Both the position numbers and the translations under genes were made by a program. A stretch of 64,000 nucleotides of DNA, taken from assembly GCA_963844315.1 (NCBI GenBank), contig CAWJOC010000035.1:33152-97151 (forward strand). The letters run 5' to 3'. The notes beneath the pieces were generated by a model. It saw nothing but the letters and a program-made list of their open reading frames with translations. It did no database searches and was not told the origin of the DNA. Source of the DNA: an uncultured Planctomycetaceae bacterium. Lineage in GTDB: Bacteria > Planctomycetota > Planctomycetia > Planctomycetales > Planctomycetaceae. Shown here in pieces: positions 29,218-38,938 of the stretch; positions within the stretch are counted from its first letter, which is position 1, and the number at the start of each line of letters is the position of its first letter.

Positions 29218-31218
29218 ATGATAAGATCGCTCGCCTTAATCCATCTCGCATGCACCACGCAAGTACTGTTTGCCGCAGAGCGTCCGAATATCGTCGTCAT
29301 TATGGTCGATGACATGGGCTATTCCGATTTGGGATGTTATGGCAGTGAGATCAACACACCCCACATGGATCAGCTCGCCGAGAATGGTGTGCGGTTTGCC
29401 CAGTTCTATAACACCGCAAAATGTCATTCGTCGCGCGTGTCGTTGCTCACGGGGCAGTATTGCATCGCGGCGGGGGACGCGGCGCTCACGCACGCCATCA
29501 CCTCGGCGGAAGTTCTCGCACGCGGCGGATACTTTACCGCGATGGTGGGGAAGTGGCATTTGAAGCAGGAGCCTACGGACTTTGGCTTTCAGCGGTATTT
29601 CGGTCACTTGAGCGGTGCGTGTAATTATTTTAAGGGGGACAAATCGTTTCGGGTCAACGGAAAGCCCTGGACGGTTCCCGAAAACGGCTTTTATACGACC
29701 GTCGCCAATGTGGATTACGCACTCAAGTTTCTCGGCGAAGCGAGAGAGACCGGGAAGCCTTGGTATTTGTATGTCGCCTTCAACGCGCCGCATGCGCCGC
29801 TTCATGCCTTGCCAGAAGACTACGCCAAATACAAAGGGCAGTATGACAAGGGCTGGGACATGATTCGCGAGGCCCGTATCGCCAAGCAGAAGCGGTCGGG
29901 ACTATTTCCCGAGAGTTTAGAACCCAGTCCGCGTCCCGATCACGTTCCGGCCTGGGAGACCTTGGAGGACTGGCGCCGGAAGTACGAAGCCAACCGCATG
30001 ACCACCCTGGCGGCGATGATCGACCGTGTCGATCAGGAAGTCGGACGGCTGATCGGTGATCTCAGGGCAAATAACGAACTCGACAACACCCTGATCTTGT
30101 TCGTCTCGGACAACGGGGCCTGCCCTTATGATCGCAAGTCGCCTCTATTGGATGTCGAGCCGACCCGTGCCGATGTGTCTCTCGCCGACTCCACGGGCTG
30201 GGCCTGGGCACGGAACTCTCCCTTTCGCTATTACAAACAGGATCAGTTTGAAGGTGGAATCTCCACACCGGCCATTGTGCATTGGCCAAAGGGCCTCAAA
30301 GCCAAGACGGGCAGCATCGTTCAAGAACCGGCCCATTTGATTGATGTGCTGCCCACCTTAGCGGAGATTGCCCAATGCGAGATTCCCAAGACCTGGCCCG
30401 ATCGCGAGCTTCGCCCCATCTCCGGTGTGTCCCTCAAGCCGGTTCTGGAGGGGCGAACTCTCGGGTCAAGGCCGCCGATCCATTTGTTGTTCGGCAAGAA
30501 TCGCGGCCTTCGCGACGGCGACTGGAAGGCGGTTAGCTATCGACAGGAAGCCTGGGAACTCTACAACTTGGCGGAGGACCGTGCTGAACTCAGAAACCTC
30601 GCCGATGCGGAACCTGAGCGATTGGAGGCGATGGTCCGCACATGGACCGACATGGCCAGGACCGTCCTTCACGCTCCGCCCAAACTTTATGCCCCAACCA
30701 TTCCGGCCAAGTTGCCGCGTCGCAACCCGGAATGGACGAGATTTGATTCGGACAAACCAAGCACCGAAAAGAAACCCGCTCGCGAAAACCGCGCCGGAAT
30801 GAAGACCATCCGCGCCCGAAAGAACACCCAACTGACCATCGCGGAGGGAATGTTGCAGCTCCAATTCACCGGCGACGATCCGGGCCTTGCGATGGACCTT
30901 CGCGGTCAAAAACTGCCCGTAGGCCCCTACCGGTTGACGTTTCGATTGCTGGGGGGAAGTCCAGGCGGTGGCGAAGTGTTCTACACCATCGACCCCGAAA
31001 CGACGCTTCCCAAGGGCGAACGATTGCCATTCGACGTCCGCGCCAATGGGGAGTGGCAGGAGGTCGAAATCCAAATGCCGACGGACCAGAGACTCCAGCA
31101 ACTGAGGCTTGACGTGAGCGAGGGACTGGGCAAAGCCTCCATTGCCGACCTGAAACTCAAGGATCAGTCGGGCCGCGTGATTGTGACTTGGCCCGAACCG
31201 GAAAAGTCATCGCCGTGA
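29218..31218 (+). CDS. arylsulfatase-family protein with atypical active-site motif
   Basis: NIVVIMVDDMGYSDLGCYG, GKWHL and SDNGACP are all present. The formylglycine site reads CHSSR instead of CxPxR. Confidence 0.85.
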   Translation: MIRSLALIHLACTTQVLFAAERPNIVVIMVDDMGYSDLGCYGSEINTPHMDQLAENGVRFAQFYNTAKCHSSRVSLLTGQYCIAAGDAALTHAITSAEVLARGGYFTAMVGKWHLKQEPTDFGFQRYFGHLSGACNYFKGDKSFRVNGKPWTVPENGFYTTVANVDYALKFLGEARETGKPWYLYVAFNAPHAPLHALPEDYAKYKGQYDKGWDMIREARIAKQKRSGLFPESLEPSPRPDHVPAWETLEDWRRKYEANRMTTLAAMIDRVDQEVGRLIGDLRANNELDNTLILFVSDNGACPYDRKSPLLDVEPTRADVSLADSTGWAWARNSPFRYYKQDQFEGGISTPAIVHWPKGLKAKTGSIVQEPAHLIDVLPTLAEIAQCEIPKTWPDRELRPISGVSLKPVLEGRTLGSRPPIHLLFGKNRGLRDGDWKAVSYRQEAWELYNLAEDRAELRNLADAEPERLEAMVRTWTDMARTVLHAPPKLYAPTIPAKLPRRNPEWTRFDSDKPSTEKKPARENRAGMKTIRARKNTQLTIAEGMLQLQFTGDDPGLAMDLRGQKLPVGPYRLTFRLLGGSPGGGEVFYTIDPETTLPKGERLPFDVRANGEWQEVEIQMPTDQRLQQLRLDVSEGLGKASIADLKLKDQSGRVIVTWPEPEKSSP

Positions 31219-31324
31219 TAGGCAACGGAACATCTCTGAGGGAAACTGGTATGCTCTCGCTTTCTTGAAAAAAACCGCTTTCAATTGACAGTCAGCGATT
31301 CAGGGTGTCTTTGGGGATTACGTC

Positions 31325-32695
31325 ATGGTTCGAGACCTCGTGTTAATTGCGGTTACGTTATTCGTACAGCCACTTGATGCCACGGGCAACGACAAGCCGA
31401 ATATCGTATTGATCGTTGCCGATGATCTCGGCTACGCGGATGTGCCATTTAATCCCCAGCACTCTAAAGACATCGGCCTGCCGAATCTTGCTTCGCTGGC
31501 GAAAGAAAGCGTGATTTGCAGGCAGGGGTATGTGACCGGCAACGTCTGCTCGCCAACTCGAACCGGCCTGCTCACGGGGCGTTACCAACAGCGACTGGGT
31601 CTTTACACAGCAGGTGAAGCCGGTTCCGGCGTTCCCATGAGCGAAATACTCTTTCCGCAGTTTCTAAAGCCTGCGGGCTACACGTCGATCCAGCTCGGCA
31701 AGTGGCATCTTGGGCCCACACCCGAGTGGAGCCCGGCACGTCGCGGCTTTGATGAAGTGTTTGGCTTTCTTGGACGTGGTGCACACGATTACTTCCAGCT
31801 CGATGATCCCGCGGACCCGATTTACCGGGGCACAACGCCCGTAAAGCTCGATGGTTATCTCACGGATCTCTGGGGCCAGGAGGCGGTGTCATTCATCGGT
31901 CGTCAACAGGGAACGCCCTTCTTCTTGTATCTTGCGTTTAATGCCGTTCATGCGCCCTTACAAGCTCCTGAGGACGAGATCGCGAAATTCGACACGGGCG
32001 ATGTGAACCGCAACATTCGCCTGGCGATGGGCAAGCGCATGGATGATGCCATCGGCCAGGTCGTCGGTAAGCTCAAACGAGAAGGCGTTTGGGAGAACAC
32101 CCTACTGTTCTTCATCAGCGACAACGGGGGACCGCTCGCCCAGAGCGCGGACAACGCCCCGCTTCGTGGTGGCAAGCATCAGGATTACGAAGGTGGAATC
32201 CGTGTGCCATTACTTGTCTGTTGGCCCGCGAAGCTGAAACCGGGGGAAAGCCAGGCGGTCGTCAGTGCTCTCGATATTCTCCCCACTGCCCTCGCTGCCG
32301 CTGGCGTGGATCCGCCCACTGAAAAGCCCTTCGATGGGATCGACATGATTCCTGTTCTCCGAGGCGATGCCCCGGCGCCAACGCGGGATTTGTTCTGGTG
32401 TTCCGGCAGCCAGGGCGGCACGTGGGCGGTGCGGTCTGGGGGTTGGAAAGTTGTTGGACAAAAGGGGCAGATCGGCCTGTTTGATTTGAGTCAGGACGTT
32501 TCGGAATCCAAAAACCTCTCCCAGCAGAGGCCGGAAATGGTCGCTGAGTTGACGAAAAAACACGACGCTTGGCTTGCGGAAATGGCGGAGCCAACCAAGT
32601 CCGGTGCGAAGCGTTTCGGAATGATGGAGGATGAGCCGCGTCCCCGAAAGAAACCCAAGGCGGAACGCAAGAAAAAGAAAGTGACGGGGGAATAA
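31325..32695 (+). CDS. secreted sulfatase-family protein
   Basis: NIVLIVADDLGYAD, CSPTRTGLLTGRY, GKWHLG, SDNGGP. Lys-rich C-terminal tail. Confidence 0.9.
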   Translation: MVRDLVLIAVTLFVQPLDATGNDKPNIVLIVADDLGYADVPFNPQHSKDIGLPNLASLAKESVICRQGYVTGNVCSPTRTGLLTGRYQQRLGLYTAGEAGSGVPMSEILFPQFLKPAGYTSIQLGKWHLGPTPEWSPARRGFDEVFGFLGRGAHDYFQLDDPADPIYRGTTPVKLDGYLTDLWGQEAVSFIGRQQGTPFFLYLAFNAVHAPLQAPEDEIAKFDTGDVNRNIRLAMGKRMDDAIGQVVGKLKREGVWENTLLFFISDNGGPLAQSADNAPLRGGKHQDYEGGIRVPLLVCWPAKLKPGESQAVVSALDILPTALAAAGVDPPTEKPFDGIDMIPVLRGDAPAPTRDLFWCSGSQGGTWAVRSGGWKVVGQKGQIGLFDLSQDVSESKNLSQQRPEMVAELTKKHDAWLAEMAEPTKSGAKRFGMMEDEPRPRKKPKAERKKKKVTGE

Positions 32696-32785
32696 TGGCC
32701 ATCAAGATTCTTTTCGCGATGTGCGAAGTCGCTTTCTGTCCATGGCAGTTCGGTCGCCGATAATGCGCCCATCCGAAAGCCCAAT

Positions 32786-33262
32786 GTGCTGTTGATTGTC
32801 GTCGATGACCTCCGCGACACGCTTGGCTGTTACGGCAATCCCTTGGTCAAGACACCGAACATCGACCGGCTCGCCGCGCGTGGAGTCCGCTTCGAGCGGG
32901 CCTATGTGCCATACCCCGTGTGCAATCCCAGCCGTTCCTCGTTTCTTACGGGCCTGTATCCCGATCAGACCGGCGTCACGGACAACAACACCGTGCTTCG
33001 CGACAAGCGGCCTGATGTGGTGACTTGGCCGCAGTTGCTCAAGGAGCACGGGTGGCATACGGCGGCTTACGGGAAAATCTTTCACCTGGGCGGCGGCCGC
33101 GACACAAAAGCCCGTGCGCAATTTGTTGATCTGCCGAAGTCCTGGCATTCGGCCGAGGACTTCCAGCCCACATTGAAGGGGCGGGAAAAGTTCGAGGGGC
33201 GAAATCTCACCGGAGGTGCGCCTGAGCTGGTGTTCCTGGGCCAGTGCGGCGGGGGCCGATGA
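32786..33262 (+). CDS. iduronate-2-sulfatase-like sulfatase, fragment (gene 32695..34104 broken by about 4 frameshifts)
   Basis: LLIVVDDLRDTLGCYG, CNPSRSSFLTGLYPDQTG. The signal peptide (MAIKILFAMC...) starts at 32695 in another frame. Confidence 0.7.
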   Translation: MLLIVVDDLRDTLGCYGNPLVKTPNIDRLAARGVRFERAYVPYPVCNPSRSSFLTGLYPDQTGVTDNNTVLRDKRPDVVTWPQLLKEHGWHTAAYGKIFHLGGGRDTKARAQFVDLPKSWHSAEDFQPTLKGREKFEGRNLTGGAPELVFLGQCGGGR

Positions 33263-33297
33263 GGACCAACCGGATGGGCAGATCGCGCGGGCGGTGA

Positions 33298-34104
33298 TTG
33301 AAAAGATTGGAAAGCCAGGGCGATGGGCCCTGGATGATCGGTGCGGGGTTTATGAAACCCCACGATCCCTTCGTCGCGCCGAAGAAATACTTCGATCTCT
33401 ATCCCTCAGAGTCGATTGCCTTCTACCGCGATCCGAAGGACATAACGCCGGCACCGCCCCTCGCTGTTGGCTTTGGCGAGTATGGGAGGGCTTTCGGCAA
33501 GTTCACTGACACCGAGCGCAGGGAATTCCATCGAGCCTATCTGGCCTGCACGTCATTTATGGATGCTCAGGTCGGGCGGGTGCTGGATGAACTGGATCGC
33601 CGCCAGCTCTGGGACGAGACCGTGGTCATCTTTATGGGCGACCACGGCTATCATCTCGGCGAGCGGGAATGGTGGAACAAGAACACGCTCTTTGAACGAA
33701 GTTGCCGCACACCACTGATCATCGCCGCGCCGGGCATCAAGCCCGGCGTCGCCAAGGGGTTGGTGGAATTCGTGGATCTGTTCCCGACGATCGCCGATTT
33801 ATGCGGGGTGAAGCCTCCACCCGGCCTTGCGGGACAAAGCCTGCGTCCCTTGCTTGAGAATCCGTCGAAAGCCGGCAAAGCCGCGGCTTTCACAATGGTC
33901 ACTCGCGGGCAGGGCCAACGCGGAGATAGCATTCGCACCGACCGCTGGCGTTACACCCAGTGGAGTGATGGATCGCGCGAGCTTTATGACCATGACGCCG
34001 ATTCCGAGGAAACAGTCAATCTCGCGGCGTCTCCCAAGCATGAAGCCGTTGTTCGGCAACTTTCCGAACGGATGATTCAGCACAAATCGTCCCTCAAGAA
34101 TTGA
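33298..34104 (+). CDS. iduronate-2-sulfatase-like sulfatase, C-terminal fragment
   Basis: GFMKPHDPFVAPKKYFDLYP, FMGDHGYHLGE, WNKNTLFE. The connecting piece DEDQPDGQIARAVIE lies in a third frame (33240-33300). Confidence 0.75.
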   Translation: MKRLESQGDGPWMIGAGFMKPHDPFVAPKKYFDLYPSESIAFYRDPKDITPAPPLAVGFGEYGRAFGKFTDTERREFHRAYLACTSFMDAQVGRVLDELDRRQLWDETVVIFMGDHGYHLGEREWWNKNTLFERSCRTPLIIAAPGIKPGVAKGLVEFVDLFPTIADLCGVKPPPGLAGQSLRPLLENPSKAGKAAAFTMVTRGQGQRGDSIRTDRWRYTQWSDGSRELYDHDADSEETVNLAASPKHEAVVRQLSERMIQHKSSLKN

Positions 34105-34320
34105 CAGCACCTCGAAATGAATCCCGCACCGTGGCGTTGATCAAAAACACAAAACATCTGTTGTGACGGTGCCAGGCCACTTCCCCAAATATCCGGCCCA
34201 GCCAGTGCTCAGGTGCAACGGTTTTGCTCCGGTCAAACAGAGCCACGATGGCTTGAGTGAAGGTGAAATAGCCCCGCCAGAGTTACCAAGCTCACACCAG
34301 TGAATTTCGGAGGTTCTTCA

Positions 34321-36480
34321 ATGTATCGGCTCACTTTGCCAGTTTGGGTTGTTCTTGTAATGATTTCGCCGCCGACTGTTGTTGCAGATGACGCGATCCT
34401 CATCGCCGACTTTGAACAGGAGACCTATGGCGAATGGAAACCCGAGGGGAAAGCGTTTGGCCCTGGACCGGCCCAGGGGACGCTGCCCGGACAAATGGCC
34501 GTCAGCGGCTTTAAGGGACAGCGGCTGGTCAATTCGTTCTTTAAGGGCGATGCCACCACGGGCACATTGACCTCCCCGCCCTTTCGTGTGGAACGGGATT
34601 ACTTCACCTTTCTAATCGGCGGCGGCGGGCATGAAGGGAAAACGTGTTTGAATCTTCTGCTTGATGGCCAGGTTGTGGAAACCGCCATCGGTCCCAATTC
34701 TCAGCCCGGGGGGAGCGAACAGCTCGAGCTTCAATCCTGGGATGTCCGAAAGCTCAAGGGAAAGACCGTCACCCTCGAAATTGTGGATCGGGCCACGGGC
34801 GGATGGGGCCACATCAACGTCGATCAGATTGTTCAGACGGATGAGAAGCCCAAAGTTCCCAGTTACAGTCCGCAGGCACGAACATTTACGGCCACGAAAC
34901 CATACCTTGTGATCCCAATCAAAAATGGGGCCAAGAAAACCTTTTTGACTCTGGAGATCGAAGGCAAACCCGTCCGGCGGTATGAGACCGAACTGGCCAC
35001 AAGCGCGGACGATGTGGACTGGCATGCCGATTTCACGCTCGAAGCCTATCAAGGGAAATCGGCCCGGCTGAGCGTCTCCCAGGCCACGGAAGCCGGCTTC
35101 GAGCTGATTCGAGAAGCCGACAATGTCCCCGGATCGGAAACCTGGTATCAGGAGGCACTGCGGCCACAATTTCATTTTTCACAGAAGGTGGGTTGGAACA
35201 ACGATCCCAATGGGATGGTCTATCTCGATGGGGAATGGCATTTATTCTTTCAGCATAACCCCGTGGGTTGGAGTTGGGGCAATATGACTTGGGGCCATGC
35301 CGTGAGCGAAGACTTGATCCATTGGAAACAGTTGCCGAACGTCCTCTTTCCTCACACGATGGCCAAAGGCGCGTGTTTTTCGGGTGGGGCCACGGTGGAT
35401 AAGCAGAACACAGCCGGATGGAAGACGAAAAAAAACGATGTCCTGGTGGCCTTCCTGACGGATACCGGGGCCGGGGAGTCGGTGGCCTACTCGAACGACA
35501 AGGGCAGAACCTTCACTTGGTACGAAGGCAATCCCATCGTCAAGCACCAGGGCCGTGATCCGAAGGTCATTTGGTATGCCTACGATGAAAGGGACACTCC
35601 GCTCGACGCCCGCGCAAAGGAACGGGGCGGCCACTGGGTGATGGCGGTCTATGATGAGCACGCCGAGCACAAGCAAAACATCGCGTTTTACACATCCACG
35701 AATCTCAAGGATTGGGACAAACAAAGCCACCTGCCGGGGTATTTTGAGTGCCCGGAGTTATTTGAATTGCCGATCGACGGTAACAAGGAGAACACTCGCT
35801 GGGTGATCTTTGCAGCGGACGCTCGCTATACCATAGGACAATTCGATGGTCTGAGGTTTACGCCGGACCATGAAGGAAAACACCAAGTCCACTATGGGCC
35901 GTACTATGCTTCTCAAACCTTTGAGAACGCACCCGACGGTCGAAGGATTCAGATCGGCTGGGCCCAAATCGCCATGCCGGGGATGCCCTTCAATCAGACG
36001 TTTGGCTTCCCCTCGCACTTGACGCTGCGAACGACGGACGAAGGAATCCGCATGTTGGCCCAGCCGATTCAGGAAATGGAAAAACTCCACCAGAAAAAGT
36101 TGACGGCAAAGCCGCAGGAATTGGTTGCCGATTCACCCGTGAGCCTGAATGTTTCGGGGGAGTTGTTCGACATCCGCGCCAACTTTGAAGTGGGCGACAC
36201 CAGACAGGTCGGTCTGGAGATTGGGGGCAACAAAATCGTTTACGACACCAAGAACCAGCAACTCAACGGTGCGCCCTTAAAGCCCCAAGCCGGTCGGGTT
36301 TCAATGCGAGTCCTGGTGGATCGACCTCTGCTTGAAATCTGTGGGAATGAAGGGTCGATCTTTATTACGGCTCCGCGCACGATCAAAGGGGACGTCCAGA
36401 CAGTGAAAGCCTTTGCGGAGGGACCAGGAGCAAGGCTCATCTCGCTGGAAGTTCACGAGCTGAAATCCATCTGGAAATAG
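34321..36480 (+). CDS. glycoside hydrolase family 32 (beta-fructosidase/levanase-like) with about 290-aa N-terminal extension
   Basis: WNNDPNGMVYLDGEWHLFFQHNP (GH32 nucleophile motif), later RDPKV and ECPELF. GGAGG lies upstream of the ATG at 34321; the ORF track starts at 34300. Confidence 0.9.
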   Translation: MYRLTLPVWVVLVMISPPTVVADDAILIADFEQETYGEWKPEGKAFGPGPAQGTLPGQMAVSGFKGQRLVNSFFKGDATTGTLTSPPFRVERDYFTFLIGGGGHEGKTCLNLLLDGQVVETAIGPNSQPGGSEQLELQSWDVRKLKGKTVTLEIVDRATGGWGHINVDQIVQTDEKPKVPSYSPQARTFTATKPYLVIPIKNGAKKTFLTLEIEGKPVRRYETELATSADDVDWHADFTLEAYQGKSARLSVSQATEAGFELIREADNVPGSETWYQEALRPQFHFSQKVGWNNDPNGMVYLDGEWHLFFQHNPVGWSWGNMTWGHAVSEDLIHWKQLPNVLFPHTMAKGACFSGGATVDKQNTAGWKTKKNDVLVAFLTDTGAGESVAYSNDKGRTFTWYEGNPIVKHQGRDPKVIWYAYDERDTPLDARAKERGGHWVMAVYDEHAEHKQNIAFYTSTNLKDWDKQSHLPGYFECPELFELPIDGNKENTRWVIFAADARYTIGQFDGLRFTPDHEGKHQVHYGPYYASQTFENAPDGRRIQIGWAQIAMPGMPFNQTFGFPSHLTLRTTDEGIRMLAQPIQEMEKLHQKKLTAKPQELVADSPVSLNVSGELFDIRANFEVGDTRQVGLEIGGNKIVYDTKNQQLNGAPLKPQAGRVSMRVLVDRPLLEICGNEGSIFITAPRTIKGDVQTVKAFAEGPGARLISLEVHELKSIWK

Positions 36481-37025
36481 AGCAGCCCGGCTGCCATTCG
36501 CACGAGTTCGGTCGACGAGGCGACGGTGGAAGATACGTCAGCATAATCCTTCAACCCAAGGTGCGATTCTCTTGCGGGGTAACCAAGTCGCCAAAATCCC
36601 CCGCAAACCACGAATCGTGCCGAACACGCCAAACAGCAGATTCCGATCAGCAGCTTGGCCCGGCATGGAACACGGCTCCAGATGAAGCGGAAAATGCCCA
36701 TTCAATCCACATCAAGATCGCCCAACGCTAATCCGAAATCACCAAATTTCGTGTCCGTGGGCTTTTGGACCTCCTCCATGTGTGACATTGCTTTCGCCTC
36801 CAACAGCGTCCCGGTCACCTGGGCTGGCTCGCTTTGTCATTGGGGCCGTTCTGCCACCGTCGATCACGGAGACAAGTTTCTATTCGGGGTCCTTACTTCC
36901 AAAGTGTCTGGAAATGAGATGGTGATGTGGGGAAAATAAACCCATTGGAGCAAATGCAGGAATCCAAAATTCCGTGAAACGTGTTTTGACTCCCCTCATT
37001 TCGGCAAATCGATTCAAGGTGCAAC

Positions 37026-37643
37026 ATGAAAAGAGCCATCGCAAGTCTGTTCGTCCTGGTGTCTCTTTCCCTGGCCTGCCATTCGGTCGGGGCACAAGAC
37101 GCGGAAAAGAAAGTGGCGTTGGACCAAGTCCCGGCGCCGGTGAAAGTGGCCATTCAGAACGCCGTCGGCAATGGCAAGTTGGTTGACATCGGCGAGATCG
37201 CTCAAGACGGAAAAACGACTTACGAGATCGAGATGCACATGGATGGACAGGAAATTGACGTGGTGTTTGATGTCCAAGGCAAGGAACTGAGCCGAAAAAT
37301 CCAACGCGGAACTGCCGCTGACCAAGACTCCAAGAAAGTGGCCAAGGAACAACCGGGTGACAGGTTTCAAAAGGACTTCCACTTGGAAGACCGTGGGTTT
37401 TCGACCACGGGCAGTAACCGCTATTTCATTCTGGAACCTGGTTACCAACTGATTCTGGAAGGCAAGGACGGCAAGAATGATGCGCGTTTGGAAATCATCG
37501 TGCTGGACGAGACGAAGACGATTGGAGGAATTGAGAGCGCGCGTTGTGGAAGAACGAGAGACAGTGAATGGCAAACTGATCGAAATCTCCCGAAATTTCT
37601 TCGCCATCTGCAAAGCCACGGGCAGCGTGTTCTATTTCGGTGA
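37026..37643 (+). CDS. secreted PepSY-like domain protein, fragment 1 (frameshifted near 37540)
   Basis: Signal peptide MKRAIASLFVLVSLSLACHSVGA. The PepSY-like part is a weak call (VPAPVKVAIQ..GKTTYEIEM..IDVVFD..GK). Confidence 0.6.
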   Translation: MKRAIASLFVLVSLSLACHSVGAQDAEKKVALDQVPAPVKVAIQNAVGNGKLVDIGEIAQDGKTTYEIEMHMDGQEIDVVFDVQGKELSRKIQRGTAADQDSKKVAKEQPGDRFQKDFHLEDRGFSTTGSNRYFILEPGYQLILEGKDGKNDARLEIIVLDETKTIGGIESARCGRTRDSEWQTDRNLPKFLRHLQSHGQRVLFR

Positions 37644-37983
37644 GGAAGTTGACATTTATCGTAACGGGAACGTGGTTGACCACGAAGGCGCCTGGCTGCA
37701 CGGTCAGGAGAACGCCAGGGCTGGCCTGATGATGCCCGGAGAATGCGTAATCGGCGCGGCCTACTATCAAGAATACGCTCCGGAAAAAGCGATGGACCGA
37801 GGACGAATCCAGGATGTCAGATCGTCGATTAAAACTCCCGAAGGGGAGTTCTCCAATTGCCTCAAAGTCTGGGAAGAGAACCCGTTGGATGGTGATTCGG
37901 AGACGAAAACATTTGCTCCGGGAATCGGACTCGTGCAGGATGAAAGGTTGCTCTTGGTCAAGCATGGCTTTCCCAAAAAGTAG
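37477..37983 (+). CDS. same protein, fragment 2
   Basis: Protein-like from about 37545 (VEERETVNGKLIEISRNFFAICKATGSVFYFGEEVD...). Confidence 0.55.
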   Translation: MMRVWKSSCWTRRRRLEELRARVVEERETVNGKLIEISRNFFAICKATGSVFYFGEEVDIYRNGNVVDHEGAWLHGQENARAGLMMPGECVIGAAYYQEYAPEKAMDRGRIQDVRSSIKTPEGEFSNCLKVWEENPLDGDSETKTFAPGIGLVQDERLLLVKHGFPKK

Positions 37984-38322
37984 GGATTGAAGGGTACTCT
38001 CCAAACCGTGGAAGGTACCCGCGGGAACACGATTTCTCGATCCGGCTCCGTGCCTATGATGCTGGACGTGTTCACCGCATAACGTTCTCGCACGCGGCGG
38101 CGAAGTTGATGGGCGGCGTGCTCTTCACCGAATGGATCAGTGGACGAAGGACGACTTTTCGGAGAGATTGACGCTGCAATTGATGAGTTCACACAGATTG
38201 ATTATGACCGTGATGCCTAACTACACGCTCAAGTTGACAACGCCGGGCCAACCGGATTAGCTTCGATCAACGCCCTTTGCGGCGGTGCAACGTAGCGTGC
38301 TCGTTCGGTCGTTCGGCAGCAC

Positions 38323-38610
38323 ATGCGTTCTTCCAGGAACTCTGACATGAAGCCACACTTTCTCTGGCTGTTCGTATTCGTCGTCGCTGTCCCGATTGCT
38401 TGGGTCGCGCGCCAATTGGCCCGTTTTGGCCCTTGCCGACACGCGCCGGTCAAGGCCGACCCCGACTCCGACGGCTTGCCAGACTTTCACGAGGTTCACA
38501 AATACCGCACCGACCCAAGCCAGAAGGACACCGTCGGCCAAGGGGTGTCCGACGGGGATTGGCAGCAGCGCCGAGAGTTCTCCTACAGCGTCGCGCCGTC
38601 ATCCGGGTGA
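38323..38610 (+). CDS. transglutaminase-like protease family protein, fragment 1 of 3
   Basis: TM/signal region, then DPDSDGLPDFHEVHKYRTDP (thrombospondin type-3-like calcium-binding motif). Confidence 0.6.
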   Translation: MRSSRNSDMKPHFLWLFVFVVAVPIAWVARQLARFGPCRHAPVKADPDSDGLPDFHEVHKYRTDPSQKDTVGQGVSDGDWQQRREFSYSVAPSSG

Positions 38611-38876
38611 TGCCGCCTTACAACCTCCAGGCGCTCAATGACGACTACCAGGACGTCCGCGTGTTGAAGGAATCTAAGGAATACGTCGAGCTGGAGGTCG
38701 TCGTTTACCCATTGAACACCAACGCCGAGGCAATCAAGGGCAATCCGAACTGGAAGAAGGACTACGCCGGCATGAAGGAGTATCTGGCCCCCGGCATCAC
38801 GACCAACTGGAACGAGCAGATGCGCCAGGACCTGTTCCGCGAGTTGGCCAAGGACGGGATCACCCGGATCAGCTGA
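38400..38876 (+). CDS. transglutaminase-like protein, fragment 2 of 3
   Basis: Protein-like from about 38590 (VIRVMPPYNLQALNDDYQDVRVLKESKEYVELEVV...). Confidence 0.55.
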   Translation: MGRAPIGPFWPLPTRAGQGRPRLRRLARLSRGSQIPHRPKPEGHRRPRGVRRGLAAAPRVLLQRRAVIRVMPPYNLQALNDDYQDVRVLKESKEYVELEVVVYPLNTNAEAIKGNPNWKKDYAGMKEYLAPGITTNWNEQMRQDLFRELAKDGITRIS

Positions 38877-38938
38877 CGGACAAGGAGGTCGTCGAGCAGG
38901 TCTCGCGGTGGCGCTTCAAGCGTTCCAAGTATCGCGAC

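Noticed and set aside
36481-37025. Possible gene or RNA in the 545-bp gap after GH32 (ORFs 36655-36939 plus, 36453-36701 minus)
   Set aside because: Both ORFs have implausible composition and no start context. I saw no strong structure or repeat, so I leave this as plain intergenic DNA.
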